Shown: positions 35,742-45,269 of the stretch, one piece after another
Position numbering within the stretch: position 1 is the first letter of the stretch
How the letters are laid out: each line of letters starts with the position of its first letter
Source of the DNA: a virus
Virus record (IMG/VR): IMGVR_UViG_3300036790_000366
Location: 1-64,000 of that record
DNA: 64,000 nucleotides
Reading direction: 5' to 3' (one strand)
Program-made: the position numbers and the translations under genes
The notes under the pieces: model-generated
What the model was told of the DNA's origin: nothing
Database searches by the model: none
Seen by the model: only the letters and a program-made list of their open reading frames with translations

Positions 35742-38347
35742 TGTGCGATCACCCTCGGGAAGGGAGTGTTCGGGCTCCCGTTGACGGGACTGACCTGGTT
35801 GTTCGCAGACCATCTGATTTCCGCCTTGGCCTGCGGGACGTGCGCGTTGCAGCAGCGGTGCACGATCGCGTCGCCCTGCATGAAACGCTGCTTCTCCGGC
35901 TTCTGGCAGAAGTCGCACTTCTTCATCGCATACTTCACCGGGACCTGATTGACCGGTGCGCTCTTGGAGACCTTCGCCTCCCACCTGTCGCAGACGTCCT
36001 CGGAGTCGATCGCCCCCTTCACCAGGGAGCAGCCGTGCGGGCCGCGGAACATGACGCAGTTCCCGCACTTCCGGGAACCGATGGCCGGGCGGTATCGGAC
36101 GTCCTGCTTGGACATCTTCAGCCGCTTGGCCAGGGCGGCACTCGAATCCGGGTCGTCGCTGGTGTACTGCTGCGCGTGCATCTCGTCCCAGGGACCCGTG
36201 TTCTGTTCCACGTGCGCCACGTAGGTGGGGGCCGGGTAGCCCAGCCCGTGATAGGCCATGTAGTGGTGGTGGCCGTCCACGATCCTCAGCTTGTTGGAAC
36301 CGGGAACCCGCACCGCGACGATCGGCTTGTGCTTGCCCTCCTTGATCTCCTTGGAGAAGTCCTTCACCTTCTCCGGTTCGTGGGAGGCCGCCCAGGACTT
36401 CTGGTCCGCGGTGTCGAACATCTCCGTGGGGACCATCTCCGGGCCGGTCCACACCGCGTCCTTCATCCACTTCATGGACGACTTCGGGAAGTCGGAGGAC
36501 ATCTGCTTCTTCACGCGCTTGCGCACGCCGACGGTGTCCTGCGGCGCGATGTGCTTGGCCACGGAGCGGTTCTTCAGTCCGCCGGTGGACTTCGCCGGGG
36601 CGTTCTGCGCCGCCCTCGTGGAGATGGTGGCCCGCCGTGCCGCCGGGGGCTGCTTCGACTTCACCGGACCGGTGGACTTCGTCGGAGCGCCCGGCTTGGA
36701 GCCCTTCTGCTTCCCGCCGGACCCGACCGTCTTCGCCGCCCGGTTCGTCGCGGTCGCCTGCGCCGCGCCCTTGGCCGGTGCGTTGGCGCCCGTGGAGGGG
36801 GCACCAGGGGCCGCACCCGCCGCCCCGGCCGGTGGCTTAAGGGTGACCGGGTCCATGCGCTCCACGATGCTTCCCTGGGGCGCGGGGACCACACCTTCCG
36901 CGTTCGCGTCCCTCGCGGTGCGCTGCGCCATGTCCTGCTCCGCGGAGGAACTGGCCAGCATCGTGTCCAGCTGCTGGTTGATGATTTTCTCTTCGATGCC
37001 CTCGTTGACCGGGTTGCTCTCCCGGATCGGGAGCTTCGCGAACTCCCGCAGGTGGTTCTCCAGCTCGCTGTCCGGGAACAGCTGGGCACCGGCACCGGCC
37101 ATGGCGGAGATCAGGGTGGCCAGGTCGGTGAGCGTCGGCTTCTGCACGATGTCGTGCCGGAGCTTCGGGTAGGGGCCGTTGTTGATTCCGTTCATCCGGA
37201 ACAGCAGCGGGATGGCCCGGTTGTTTATCTCGTTCTCGATGTCGTTCAGGAAGGTTTCCAGGGCGGACTGGAACATGCTGGCCTTGGAGGTGGACAGCGC
37301 GTAGGAGCCGTTGTTCGTGGCGTCGTTCCCCAGCAGGAGGAAGTCGGCCAGAACCGTCATGGCGATGCGGGACTCGTACCGGCTGATGATTTCCTGCGTG
37401 GGGAACTGCCGGGAGCCGCCGGAGGTCAGGAGCTTGAACGTGTAGAGCTCGTGGCCCGCCGCGTCGTACGCCTGCGGCCAGACGATGCCCTCCTGCTCGT
37501 CCCGCCGGACGTTCTGCACCAGCTTGACGACCGAGGCCACCATGGCCTGATCCGCCTCGCTGGCGTTCTCCCCCAGCATCTCCGCGGGAACCGTGGCGAT
37601 CGGGATACCGGCCAGGTCGCGCTCTACGCCGATGGCCTCGATCTCTTCGATCCGCTTCAGGAAGTACCAGGAGCGGTAGGCCGTGCGCAGGACGGAGACG
37701 CCTTCCGGGTTGTCCTTCCAGGACTTCGTCCGGAAGTGCAGCGACTTCCCCAGCGGAAGATACCGCTCCGAGTAGTCGGGCGCGGGGCGCTGCCACATGC
37801 CGATCGTCTTGCCGGAGACCGGGGAGAAGTCCCACCTCCACCAGGATTCCTGAGCGATCGGCATGAACTTCTGCCAGCCGATCAGCCCGTCGTTCCACTG
37901 GGACGCGGTGGTGCCGAATTCGTCGATGACATCGTTGAAGCGCTGCTTGTAGCAGATCTCGAACCAGGACCACCCGTACGGCAGCATCGAGTTGACTTCG
38001 GAGATGAAGTCGGGCCAGCTCATCTCCATGTCGTCCCGGCACGAGGCGAGGAACTTGGCGCGCTCCTTGTCCACCTTCGATTCGCTGGCCGCCTCCTCGC
38101 GCCACAGCACCTTGCGCATGAACATGTCGATGGCGAACAAGACGGCGCCGATGACGGAGGAGTTCTGGGACATCTCCTGGTAGACGCTGACGGCCTTGCG
38201 GCCCATCAGCTGCGGGAGAAGTTCCTCGTAGATGTAGCCGTACGATCGCTTCAGGCCGCTCTGACCGAACTGTACGGCACCGAGACCCATCCGCGGTTCG
38301 GCGCCGGTAAGCGTGGGTGTCTTCCTCACCTTCAACTTCTGCGCCAC
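35738..38347 (-). CDS. Portal protein with C-terminal ParB-like, HiPIP-like and Zn-ribbon domains
   Basis: NPEG.SVLR.AYR.W, GVERDLAGIP, DFLLLG, GSYALS; C-terminal IVDGHH and CGNC..C..C. Confidence 0.85.
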   Translation of the reverse strand: MAQKLKVRKTPTLTGAEPRMGLGAVQFGQSGLKRSYGYIYEELLPQLMGRKAVSVYQEMSQNSSVIGAVLFAIDMFMRKVLWREEAASESKVDKERAKFLASCRDDMEMSWPDFISEVNSMLPYGWSWFEICYKQRFNDVIDEFGTTASQWNDGLIGWQKFMPIAQESWWRWDFSPVSGKTIGMWQRPAPDYSERYLPLGKSLHFRTKSWKDNPEGVSVLRTAYRSWYFLKRIEEIEAIGVERDLAGIPIATVPAEMLGENASEADQAMVASVVKLVQNVRRDEQEGIVWPQAYDAAGHELYTFKLLTSGGSRQFPTQEIISRYESRIAMTVLADFLLLGNDATNNGSYALSTSKASMFQSALETFLNDIENEINNRAIPLLFRMNGINNGPYPKLRHDIVQKPTLTDLATLISAMAGAGAQLFPDSELENHLREFAKLPIRESNPVNEGIEEKIINQQLDTMLASSSAEQDMAQRTARDANAEGVVPAPQGSIVERMDPVTLKPPAGAAGAAPGAPSTGANAPAKGAAQATATNRAAKTVGSGGKQKGSKPGAPTKSTGPVKSKQPPAARRATISTRAAQNAPAKSTGGLKNRSVAKHIAPQDTVGVRKRVKKQMSSDFPKSSMKWMKDAVWTGPEMVPTEMFDTADQKSWAASHEPEKVKDFSKEIKEGKHKPIVAVRVPGSNKLRIVDGHHHYMAYHGLGYPAPTYVAHVEQNTGPWDEMHAQQYTSDDPDSSAALAKRLKMSKQDVRYRPAIGSRKCGNCVMFRGPHGCSLVKGAIDSEDVCDRWEAKVSKSAPVNQVPVKYAMKKCDFCQKPEKQRFMQGDAIVHRCCNAHVPQAKAEIRWSANNQVSPVNGSPNTPFPRVIAQ

Positions 38348-38354
38348 TTTTTCC

Positions 38355-39770
38355 TCAAATCTTCCAGGGTGAAGTCTCACGGGTGATGGAGATCACGCTC
38401 GTGTTCCTGTTCGCGTTCCGCTTCCGTGCCGACCATGCCAGCGCGGTGGAGGCGATGGTGTCCGGCAGGTGGGAAGAGGTGCCGACGTTGTACAGGTCGT
38501 CCGCGGTGACCAGACGGAAGTCGTCGTACATCGAGATGATACGCGGGGACAGGAAGTTGTGGCTTTCCACCCCGTGCACGAACTCGGTGATCATGTCTGT
38601 GCGGATCTTGCCGTTCATGGAGATCTCGGTCAGGTTGTCCCGCACGGTTCCCGGGGGATAGACGATGTAGTCGCTGACCACCGCACCGACACCGGTCGCG
38701 TCGGAGACCACGTCGCCGCCGTACATGGCCCAGCGCTTGTTCAACCGACCGATCAGAACATCCCATGGCCTCTTGTTTATCTTCTCGAACGCCGCCATCT
38801 TCCACTGCCCCACCGTGACGTCCCAGGTGGTGATGACCGTGAAGTCCCGCGACTTCGCCCAGTCCACCCCGGTCACGTAGTCGCGGTCCGGCCGTGGCTT
38901 CATGAACTGGTAGAACATCCCGTCCTCGCCCTTGACGATGTCCCACCGCGGATCGAACATCTTCTCCACGGCTTCTTCGTCCAGCGCACGGCCTTCGAAG
39001 TTCGGTTCAAGGATGTCGTATTCGTTCCGCCACATCTGGGCAGGGATTTCGAGGCGCTTGCGCTCGATCTCCTCGGGGTCCAGCCATCCGTCCACCGGGT
39101 TCGAGGTTTCCTTGTAGCACCACGAGTAGACAGGGAAACCCTTCTCCGCGAACTCTCTCTTGTAGTAGGTGACCGGACCGTCCGGGTAGGTGTGCGTGCT
39201 GGAGAAGACGGTGGAAGTCTCGATCCTCTCCCCGGTGAGCATCGACTTCCCGCGCATGGGCTGGCCGAGGGCGGCTTGGACGATGCTCAGGTCCGCCTCG
39301 TCGATCTCGTCGATCCGCAGACGGGAAGGGTGGGGGCCACGCACGGAGGTCTGCGAGGCCATGAGGGTTCGGGCCTTTCCTCCGTTCGTGAGAACCGTGT
39401 CGAACTTCGTCGGAGACTTCTCCAGCAGATACTTCGGTGCCCGCGGTGCGTGCCACAGGGCGTTCATGGATTCCTGCACGCGCATGGCCTGCGCGCCGGA
39501 GCCGCCGAGGATCGAGACGAACGCACCGAGGTAGGTGAGCTCCATCATGCCCAGCAGCGACATGGTGAAGGTCTTGCCGGAGAAGCCACGAGAGCCGAGC
39601 CACATCGCCTGAGGACTTCTCGCGAAGAACGCGTTGCAGAAAGCCTCGAACGGTGTGTCGTGGTTCAGACACACCTTAGTCCGTGGAATCTTCACACCCC
39701 ACGTGGCGAGCACGGCGTACCAGAGTTCCGCGTCCGTCTGCGGTGGCCTCTGGATGACGAAGTCGGTCAC
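38355..39770 (-). CDS. terL: Terminase large subunit
   Basis: GSRGFSGKT Walker A, RIDEID Walker B, GVDWA, DATGVG, HLPD nuclease motifs. Confidence 0.9.
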   Translation of the reverse strand: MTDFVIQRPPQTDAELWYAVLATWGVKIPRTKVCLNHDTPFEAFCNAFFARSPQAMWLGSRGFSGKTFTMSLLGMMELTYLGAFVSILGGSGAQAMRVQESMNALWHAPRAPKYLLEKSPTKFDTVLTNGGKARTLMASQTSVRGPHPSRLRIDEIDEADLSIVQAALGQPMRGKSMLTGERIETSTVFSSTHTYPDGPVTYYKREFAEKGFPVYSWCYKETSNPVDGWLDPEEIERKRLEIPAQMWRNEYDILEPNFEGRALDEEAVEKMFDPRWDIVKGEDGMFYQFMKPRPDRDYVTGVDWAKSRDFTVITTWDVTVGQWKMAAFEKINKRPWDVLIGRLNKRWAMYGGDVVSDATGVGAVVSDYIVYPPGTVRDNLTEISMNGKIRTDMITEFVHGVESHNFLSPRIISMYDDFRLVTADDLYNVGTSSHLPDTIASTALAWSARKRNANRNTSVISITRETSPWKI

Positions 39771-39773
39771 TTC

Positions 39774-40148
39774 CTACCGCCGCAGACCGCCGATGGACCC
39801 CAGGTAGTCAGCGGTCAGCATGACGTTGTACGCGCCGACACTGGTATTCGCACCGACTTGGGCCACAACATCCGTGGATCCGTCCAGAGTCACAATGAAC
39901 TTGTAAGGGCCGTAACCCGCGGACACGGCTGCGATCGGAACAGGCAGCGTGATACTTCCGATCACGACGGAGATGTTTCCCGCGTCGTTCGCCCCGACAC
40001 CGGAACCTACGCTCGCATAGACGGCTAGTTCGTACTGACCAGCCTGCGTGACCTGGTTCGTATGGCTCAGAGTCGCAATGGCAGTTCCCGTGACGGTTCC
40101 GCCAGCAGCGTTCCCCGCCTTGAAAATCGTGGAAACTCCGACAGTCAT
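39774..40148 (-). CDS. Hypothetical beta-rich protein
   Basis: GAAAGGAG RBS. Confidence 0.7.
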   Translation of the reverse strand: MTVGVSTIFKAGNAAGGTVTGTAIATLSHTNQVTQAGQYELAVYASVGSGVGANDAGNISVVIGSITLPVPIAAVSAGYGPYKFIVTLDGSTDVVAQVGANTSVGAYNVMLTADYLGSIGGLRR

Positions 40149-40244
40149 GTCTCTCCTTTCCAAGGTTCGGGGGCGGACGCAGGTCACCCCGCAGGGTGCC
40201 TTGCACCCGGGCGATTATCTGGGCTGACGTCCGCCCCCGGAGGA

Positions 40245-40275
40245 CATGATAGAGCACGGGGAAGTTTTTTCCGAC
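40245..40275 (-). promoter_or_regulatory. Candidate promoter for packaging/structural operon
   Basis: TATCAT -10-like hexamer followed by a long GC-rich leader hairpin (40168-40240). Confidence 0.35.
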
Positions 40276-40286
40276 TTGCCGACCCG

Positions 40287-40682
40287 CTAGTTCGGCGTCT
40301 TGTTCGTCTTCTGCTTGGTCAGCTTCTCCCGCGGCGCCTTCAGTTTCGGCATCTTCGGCTGCTTCGGAGTCGGAACCCGAGTGGCAACCGTGCTGGTCGT
40401 ACCCTTCTTCGCACTACCAGAACTGCCGGAAGAAGACTTCTTGCCGAGGTTCGGCAGGCCTAGATTCGGCAGGCCTAGATTCGGAAAGTTCCGGTTCCGG
40501 AGAAGGTTCCCCTTGCCTTTACCAGAGTCGCTCTTCTTCTTGTCTTCCGGCTTCGTCTCCCCCGGCTTCTTTTCCCCCTCGCCGACGCGCTTGGGTTCCT
40601 TGGCGCCTTCCTTGTCCTCCCGCACGCGGCTGCCGGAAGCCGTCAGACCGCCGTTGCCGCCCTTCGAGCCCTGCCCCATCAC
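40287..40682 (-). CDS. Lys-rich protein with PNLGL repeats
   Basis: Coupled start; 15-nt tandem repeat. Confidence 0.6.
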   Translation of the reverse strand: MMGQGSKGGNGGLTASGSRVREDKEGAKEPKRVGEGEKKPGETKPEDKKKSDSGKGKGNLLRNRNFPNLGLPNLGLPNLGKKSSSGSSGSAKKGTTSTVATRVPTPKQPKMPKLKAPREKLTKQKTNKTPN

Positions 40683-40804
40683 TGACCCCCGCTCTTCTTC
40701 TGCACGGGCTTGGGAACGCGCTTCACGGCCGTCTGCGCCTTGCGCGCCCGCTTCCCCTTGGTGCCAGCCGCAGCGCGGCGGGCCGATCGAGCGTTAGTCC
40801 CCAT
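40679..40804 (-). CDS. Small basic protein (41 aa, MGTNARSARR...)
   Basis: Overlaps both neighbours; GC3 bias. Confidence 0.5.
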   Translation of the reverse strand: MGTNARSARRAAAGTKGKRARKAQTAVKRVPKPVQKKSGGQ

Positions 40805-42107
40805 CCTCTTCGAATCCTCTCGTCCGCTTCTTGGAGCGAGTCTGCCGCTGCCCCTTCACCGTGGTCCCGGAGTCCAGAAGTTCTCTGCGCCGGTTGGTCC
40901 GAGTCTCCACCCGCACGACTTCCGCGTCCAGACCGGCACGCTTCACCACTTCGTCCGCGTCGGTGTGCCCGTAGACGAGGATCTGGCCGAAACCTATTTT
41001 CTCTTCCGCCTTCTTCAGCAACCGGGCGGTGGTGCGGATCCTGTCCTGGTCCCCGCGGATCGTCTGGATCTGCGTGGCCACCAGCGGTGCGCCCTCCGGA
41101 ATGCATTCCAGGCACAGTTCCAGGGCCTCGTCGCTGCCGCCGTACTGGATGTCCGGGATGACCAGGAACCCGGCTTCCTGCCAGTACCTCGCCACGTACG
41201 CGCTGCGGTAGGCGGACCAGATCCACAGAGCAGGGGGCCAGCCCTGGTTCACAGAATAGTTCGGCATGATGCAGGTGGTGATCCCGCAGTTCATTATCTT
41301 CTTGGTGTTCTCCGCGGGGTCGGTGTACAGACCTTCGAAGTGGAAGTCCTCCGTGTACAGGCTGAGGATGGCGCGCTCGAACGGAATCCCGCGGTTGCCC
41401 GTGTGCCACTGGGAAACCCACCACTGATCCTTGTCGGGGACCCGGTCGCCGTCGATCTCGACACCGCCCCACATGTCCAGCTTCTCCGGCAGCCGGTCCG
41501 GAATCCGGTCGAGGCGAAGTTCCGGGATGCCGTAGTTCTTGTCCGACTCGAACAGCACATAGCGGCTCAGGTCTTCGACGCCGTCCAGGTCGGACGGAGC
41601 TTCTTCGATGGAGTCGATGGAGTCGATCGGGTTCCTGTTCATCTCCACCAGGAGTTTGCCCAGGACGTCATCGCTGTACGTGGTGCCGATCAGATGGCCG
41701 GTCTGCTTCTTCTGGTCCTCCAGAAGCTGGGCGAGAAGACCCGGGTCGTAGGTGGCGTCGTCGGTGGAACCGTTGTCGGCCAGCACGATGCGGCGGGCGT
41801 GGTCGTCGTCCACGTCCACCCATGCCACTTTTATCTTCTTCCAGCCCAGGGACTTGGCCGCCTTGGCGGTGTGGTTACCGGCCAGTATCTCGTTCTCCCG
41901 GCCGGTCTTCGTTCCGCGGTTCACCACGATCGGCTTGAACTGGCTGTTGGACCGCAGGCTCTCGGCGACCTTTTCCAGGTTCCCCACCCGCGGGTTCTGG
42001 TGGTAGTACTTCAGCCCGCGGAGCTGCACCTCTTCGTAGTCCAGTTCCAGCGGGCCGGTGTCGCAGGGCGATTCAGACACGCTCTTCTTCAACTTTTTTA
42101 CGGCCAC
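40794..42107 (-). CDS. ParB-like N-terminal domain fused to DUF4417
   Basis: NPR, PIVV, ILAGNHT..AA; YGIPEL, D..FE, PNYS, W..YRS, WQ..G..VIP. Confidence 0.75.
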   Translation of the reverse strand: MAVKKLKKSVSESPCDTGPLELDYEEVQLRGLKYYHQNPRVGNLEKVAESLRSNSQFKPIVVNRGTKTGRENEILAGNHTAKAAKSLGWKKIKVAWVDVDDDHARRIVLADNGSTDDATYDPGLLAQLLEDQKKQTGHLIGTTYSDDVLGKLLVEMNRNPIDSIDSIEEAPSDLDGVEDLSRYVLFESDKNYGIPELRLDRIPDRLPEKLDMWGGVEIDGDRVPDKDQWWVSQWHTGNRGIPFERAILSLYTEDFHFEGLYTDPAENTKKIMNCGITTCIMPNYSVNQGWPPALWIWSAYRSAYVARYWQEAGFLVIPDIQYGGSDEALELCLECIPEGAPLVATQIQTIRGDQDRIRTTARLLKKAEEKIGFGQILVYGHTDADEVVKRAGLDAEVVRVETRTNRRRELLDSGTTVKGQRQTRSKKRTRGFEEDGD

Positions 42108-42591
42108 GGATTCTCCTCGACAACAGTCGCTCGTACATGACGCCGTACCGGTTCAGGCATACGGCGTCGATCAGGTCTTGGTCCCCCTCTGCCAGATGAT
42201 AGGCCTCGGGGCAGTTCTTCTCCACCCACTCCGCAATTTCCGGCTTCTTGGCGTTCCCCTTCCCGACGACCTGCTTCTTCCAGGTTCCGACGTTCACCAG
42301 TTTCAACGGCACGGCAAGGTTCTGCGCGGCAGCCATCACCGCACCGCCCACCTGGGCCTGCACGATGGTGGAGTGCACGCCGCCGACACCGACCAGTGGG
42401 GCTTCCAGGTAGACCGCCACCGGTCCTTCAGCGAACTTCAGAAACGAAAAAGCCTCCCTGTAGGCCGCACCCGTCGCCGAGTACAACCCACCAGGGAGGT
42501 CTATTACATGAAGTTCTGAGTAGAAGCCGTTTCCGGAACAGCACAGTGCGAGCTTCTTGGAGCTGGGGTCGATGCCGATGACTGATCTCAT
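42073..42591 (-). CDS. ruvC: RuvC-like Holliday junction resolvase
   Basis: IGIDPS, YLE, WKK.V.GKGNAKK, D..DA. Confidence 0.85.
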   Translation of the reverse strand: MRSVIGIDPSSKKLALCCSGNGFYSELHVIDLPGGLYSATGAAYREAFSFLKFAEGPVAVYLEAPLVGVGGVHSTIVQAQVGGAVMAAAQNLAVPLKLVNVGTWKKQVVGKGNAKKPEIAEWVEKNCPEAYHLAEGDQDLIDAVCLNRYGVMYERLLSRRIRGRKKVEEERV

Positions 42592-42603
42592 CCGACCAGG
42601 GTA

Positions 42604-43485
42604 TCAGCGTTTCATCCACTGAGCTCCATACTTATTTTGCAGCATGGCTTCTTGGACCTGGTCCGTTATGGACTTGGTGTCGATGTGAATTTGTACAGTA
42701 GGGGTGCTTGTCGCTGGGGTGCCAAGGGGAATGAAGGTCGTGGCTGCGATGGGAGTGCCGGGCGTACTTTCCACCTCCGGACTTTTCAGCGTCATGCTGA
42801 AGTTGGTTATATCTACAGAGCGCTCCTCCTTCGGATTGAGCCGCGCCTTCTTCTTGCAGCCGGGAGTCAGGCACTTCCAGTACTCGTCGTCGTGCAGCTT
42901 GTCCGTCACGTGCGCCATCTGGCCGCCGTGGACCGGGCACTCCAGCACGAACGGCTTGGTGTATTGGGCCACCTTCGGTTCCTCCTTCTCCAGATCCACG
43001 TAACCGAGGCTCTTCTTCTGCTCGTCAATCTCCTTCTTGCAATCGGACAGCTTCGTACCCCGTATCCCCATGTTCAGAGACACCTTCGAGGCGCCGTAGT
43101 CGTCGTGTCTGATGAAGAGCTCGCCTATCTCAGTACCGTTGACGTAACTCGTGCTGACTGTCAGGTCGAACGGCTTGGCGTATTCGCACAGCTCGGCACG
43201 CATGTCAGGAGTCAGACTGCTGAGCCCTTCCGGGTGCAGGCGCAGCATCTCCTTCTTCATGTCCGCGACAGCTGCCTTCAGGACTTCGCCCGGCTGCCTG
43301 GCGTCATCGACCAGTTCTCTGCCGAGCGTCCTCGACACGGAGTCTCCGTTGGTCGGATGCTCCAGGAGCAGCTGATAGCTCATAATAGCTTCGCTCGTGA
43401 TTATGTTCAGCCGGTACGGCTTCGCGAAGGCGATGAGTTCGTTCTGCCGCCGCATGTTACTTGTGTACTCGCTTGTGCTCACCAC
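42604..43485 (-). CDS. Hypothetical protein with internal AKP(Y/F) repeats and Zn ribbon
   Basis: GAAAGAGG RBS; start uncertain. Confidence 0.55.
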   Translation of the reverse strand: MVSTSEYTSNMRRQNELIAFAKPYRLNIITSEAIMSYQLLLEHPTNGDSVSRTLGRELVDDARQPGEVLKAAVADMKKEMLRLHPEGLSSLTPDMRAELCEYAKPFDLTVSTSYVNGTEIGELFIRHDDYGASKVSLNMGIRGTKLSDCKKEIDEQKKSLGYVDLEKEEPKVAQYTKPFVLECPVHGGQMAHVTDKLHDDEYWKCLTPGCKKKARLNPKEERSVDITNFSMTLKSPEVESTPGTPIAATTFIPLGTPATSTPTVQIHIDTKSITDQVQEAMLQNKYGAQWMKR

Positions 43486-43537
43486 GTCCTTCACCTCTTT
43501 CCTGATGGCGTCCTTTATCTGCCTGTCGATCCGCTCC

Positions 43538-43954
43538 TCAGCGCGCAGATTCTCGTCCGAGTCTTGCTTGCTCGACTTCGACAGTGCGTGCTGTAAGCCG
43601 TCGCGAACCGAGCTGAGCAGCTGCTCTCGCCAGTTCCCGGAAGGTACGTAGCTCTCCGGTACGGAACTTGGCATAGTCCGATCCTCTTTTGACCGTCCCA
43701 TCCGCCTCTCCTCTCTGGATGAGCGCCGTCATCTCGCTGGCACGTGCGTAGTACTGGTCCGCGACTTCTTGGAGGGCATGCGTACCGGTGACGGGAGATA
43801 TCAGCCTACCCATGAGCACATCCATGTACCCGTCCAGTTCTCTACGGAGTTCGGCCACGGGCCCCAGCCCGAAGTCCACCGGAACGGCGCGGAGGACTGC
43901 GTTCGTGTAGCCGCGCTCCTGGCTCTTGTGCTGCATCGGTGGGAGCTTCTTCAT
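43538..43954 (-). CDS. Hypothetical helical protein
   Basis: ATGA overlap with exonuclease gene. Confidence 0.65.
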   Translation of the reverse strand: MKKLPPMQHKSQERGYTNAVLRAVPVDFGLGPVAELRRELDGYMDVLMGRLISPVTGTHALQEVADQYYARASEMTALIQRGEADGTVKRGSDYAKFRTGELRTFRELARAAAQLGSRRLTARTVEVEQARLGRESAR

Positions 43955-44802
43955 CTGGTCCTCGCTGGCCACGAGCCGGAGTTGACGCACGCCCCGCCGG
44001 GAGTTCCGAACGGGCACTTGTAGAACTCACCGGACTTGTTCTGCTTCACGCACTCGGCCAGCATCGGGTGCAGCACCTGCCTGTCCACCGCGCGGTTCAG
44101 CGCCTTCAGTTCTTTCCGGGCCTCCGAGATCCTGGACTCGTCCCGTTCCAGAACAAACTCGCTGATCTCCTGCGTGTCCTTGTTTTCATTTGTCACCGCC
44201 GCCAGGTCGAAACCAGTCAGCAGAAGCTGCATGTCGGTCTGCTTCCGCGTCTTCTCGTCCGGAACCCCTGCGCGGTCCTGCTTGCTCCACACGAAGGACA
44301 TGCGGCCCTTGTGCTCCCAGACGAAGTCGGCGCCGTCCCAGCGGCCTCCCAGGGCCTTCCCGAGGCCGTCCAGGTTCGCCCGCGCCCGCAGCTTGGAGGA
44401 CGTCACCTTGTACTCGATGTCGTCGATTATTTCCGCCCCGAGCAGACCGATCTGCCAGCGCAGGTGCACGAAGGTTCCGTTGTTGAATATCCGGATCCCG
44501 CGGGGGTCCGCAACCTGATTCTGCTGCTGCCCGGTGAAGGCGAGTTCCTGCCGACGCAGGCAGTACCCGGCGGAACTCGCGGAGAAGGATCGCGACCGGT
44601 CTCTGGGCTTGTGCGTGAGCTCCGCCATCACCCGCAGGAACATGATCCGGTCCATCAGGACGTCCGGGTTGTGCAGCAGGTATTTCTCGTACCGCGGGGT
44701 GATGATGAGGTTCTCGTCCACCGGCTGCGACCCGTCATACTTCTTCGGGACGGTGGGGTAGACCACGGGATGGTAGCCCTTGAGGACCGGTGCGACGCGC
44801 AT
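43951..44802 (-). CDS. Cas4-family / PD-(D/E)XK exonuclease
   Basis: SASS..YC.R, GT..H, DG, EHK, C...CPF...C. Confidence 0.75.
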   Translation of the reverse strand: MRVAPVLKGYHPVVYPTVPKKYDGSQPVDENLIITPRYEKYLLHNPDVLMDRIMFLRVMAELTHKPRDRSRSFSASSAGYCLRRQELAFTGQQQNQVADPRGIRIFNNGTFVHLRWQIGLLGAEIIDDIEYKVTSSKLRARANLDGLGKALGGRWDGADFVWEHKGRMSFVWSKQDRAGVPDEKTRKQTDMQLLLTGFDLAAVTNENKDTQEISEFVLERDESRISEARKELKALNRAVDRQVLHPMLAECVKQNKSGEFYKCPFGTPGGACVNSGSWPARTR

Positions 44803-45269
44803 CAGAAAGGCACCTTCGTGTAGGCGCCGTACTTGTCGCGGTACTCCCGCGCCACCCGTACGGCTTCCTTCTTGGATTCGTATCCGGACTTGGACGTCTT
44901 TCCCGCGATGCCCCGGCTGTCCATGTCGCAGACGAACCAGCAACCGCAGTAAACGTACGCCGCCCGGGCGCGGCTCACCCCGCGGCTCACGTAGAAGCGA
45001 ACCACCTTCCGCGCTCCGGAGCGGTAGGCCTTATAGGCCTTGGGCCCCTGCGTCGTCTTCGGGTACTTCGGAGCCGAAGTACTTTCTGAGAAGCCAGAGC
45101 GAGTAGTGGAACGAACTGCCCCAGTGGATGACGGAACAGCCGAGCGCTTCACAGTCGTGGAGGCCGACGCGTTCGACTTCCCCCGAGTCCGCGCGGGTGG
45201 GGTCGGCCGTGTAGCTGAACTTCCCGCCCGCGCTGTACCAATGCGTCGATTGCTGAGGGACATGTTCAA
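44802..45269 (-). CDS. Basic hypothetical protein
   Basis: Coupled overlaps on both sides. Confidence 0.6.
   Translation of the reverse strand: MNMSLSNRRIGTARAGSSATRPTPPARTRGKSNASASTTVKRSAVPSSTGAVRSTTRSGFSESTSAPKYPKTTQGPKAYKAYRSGARKVVRFYVSRGVSRARAAYVYCGCWFVCDMDSRGIAGKTSKSGYESKKEAVRVAREYRDKYGAYTKVPF

Noticed and set aside
18109-38386. Very long + strand ORFs (e.g. 18109-21159, 29935-31854, 31841-34498, 35681-38386)
   Set aside because: Antisense shadows of high-GC3 structural genes; Arg/Gly/His-rich translations with no motifs or RBS.
43951-44802. CRISPR-Cas system suggested by the Cas4-like gene
   Set aside because: No repeat-spacer array or other cas genes; solo Cas4-like nucleases are ordinary phage recombination genes.
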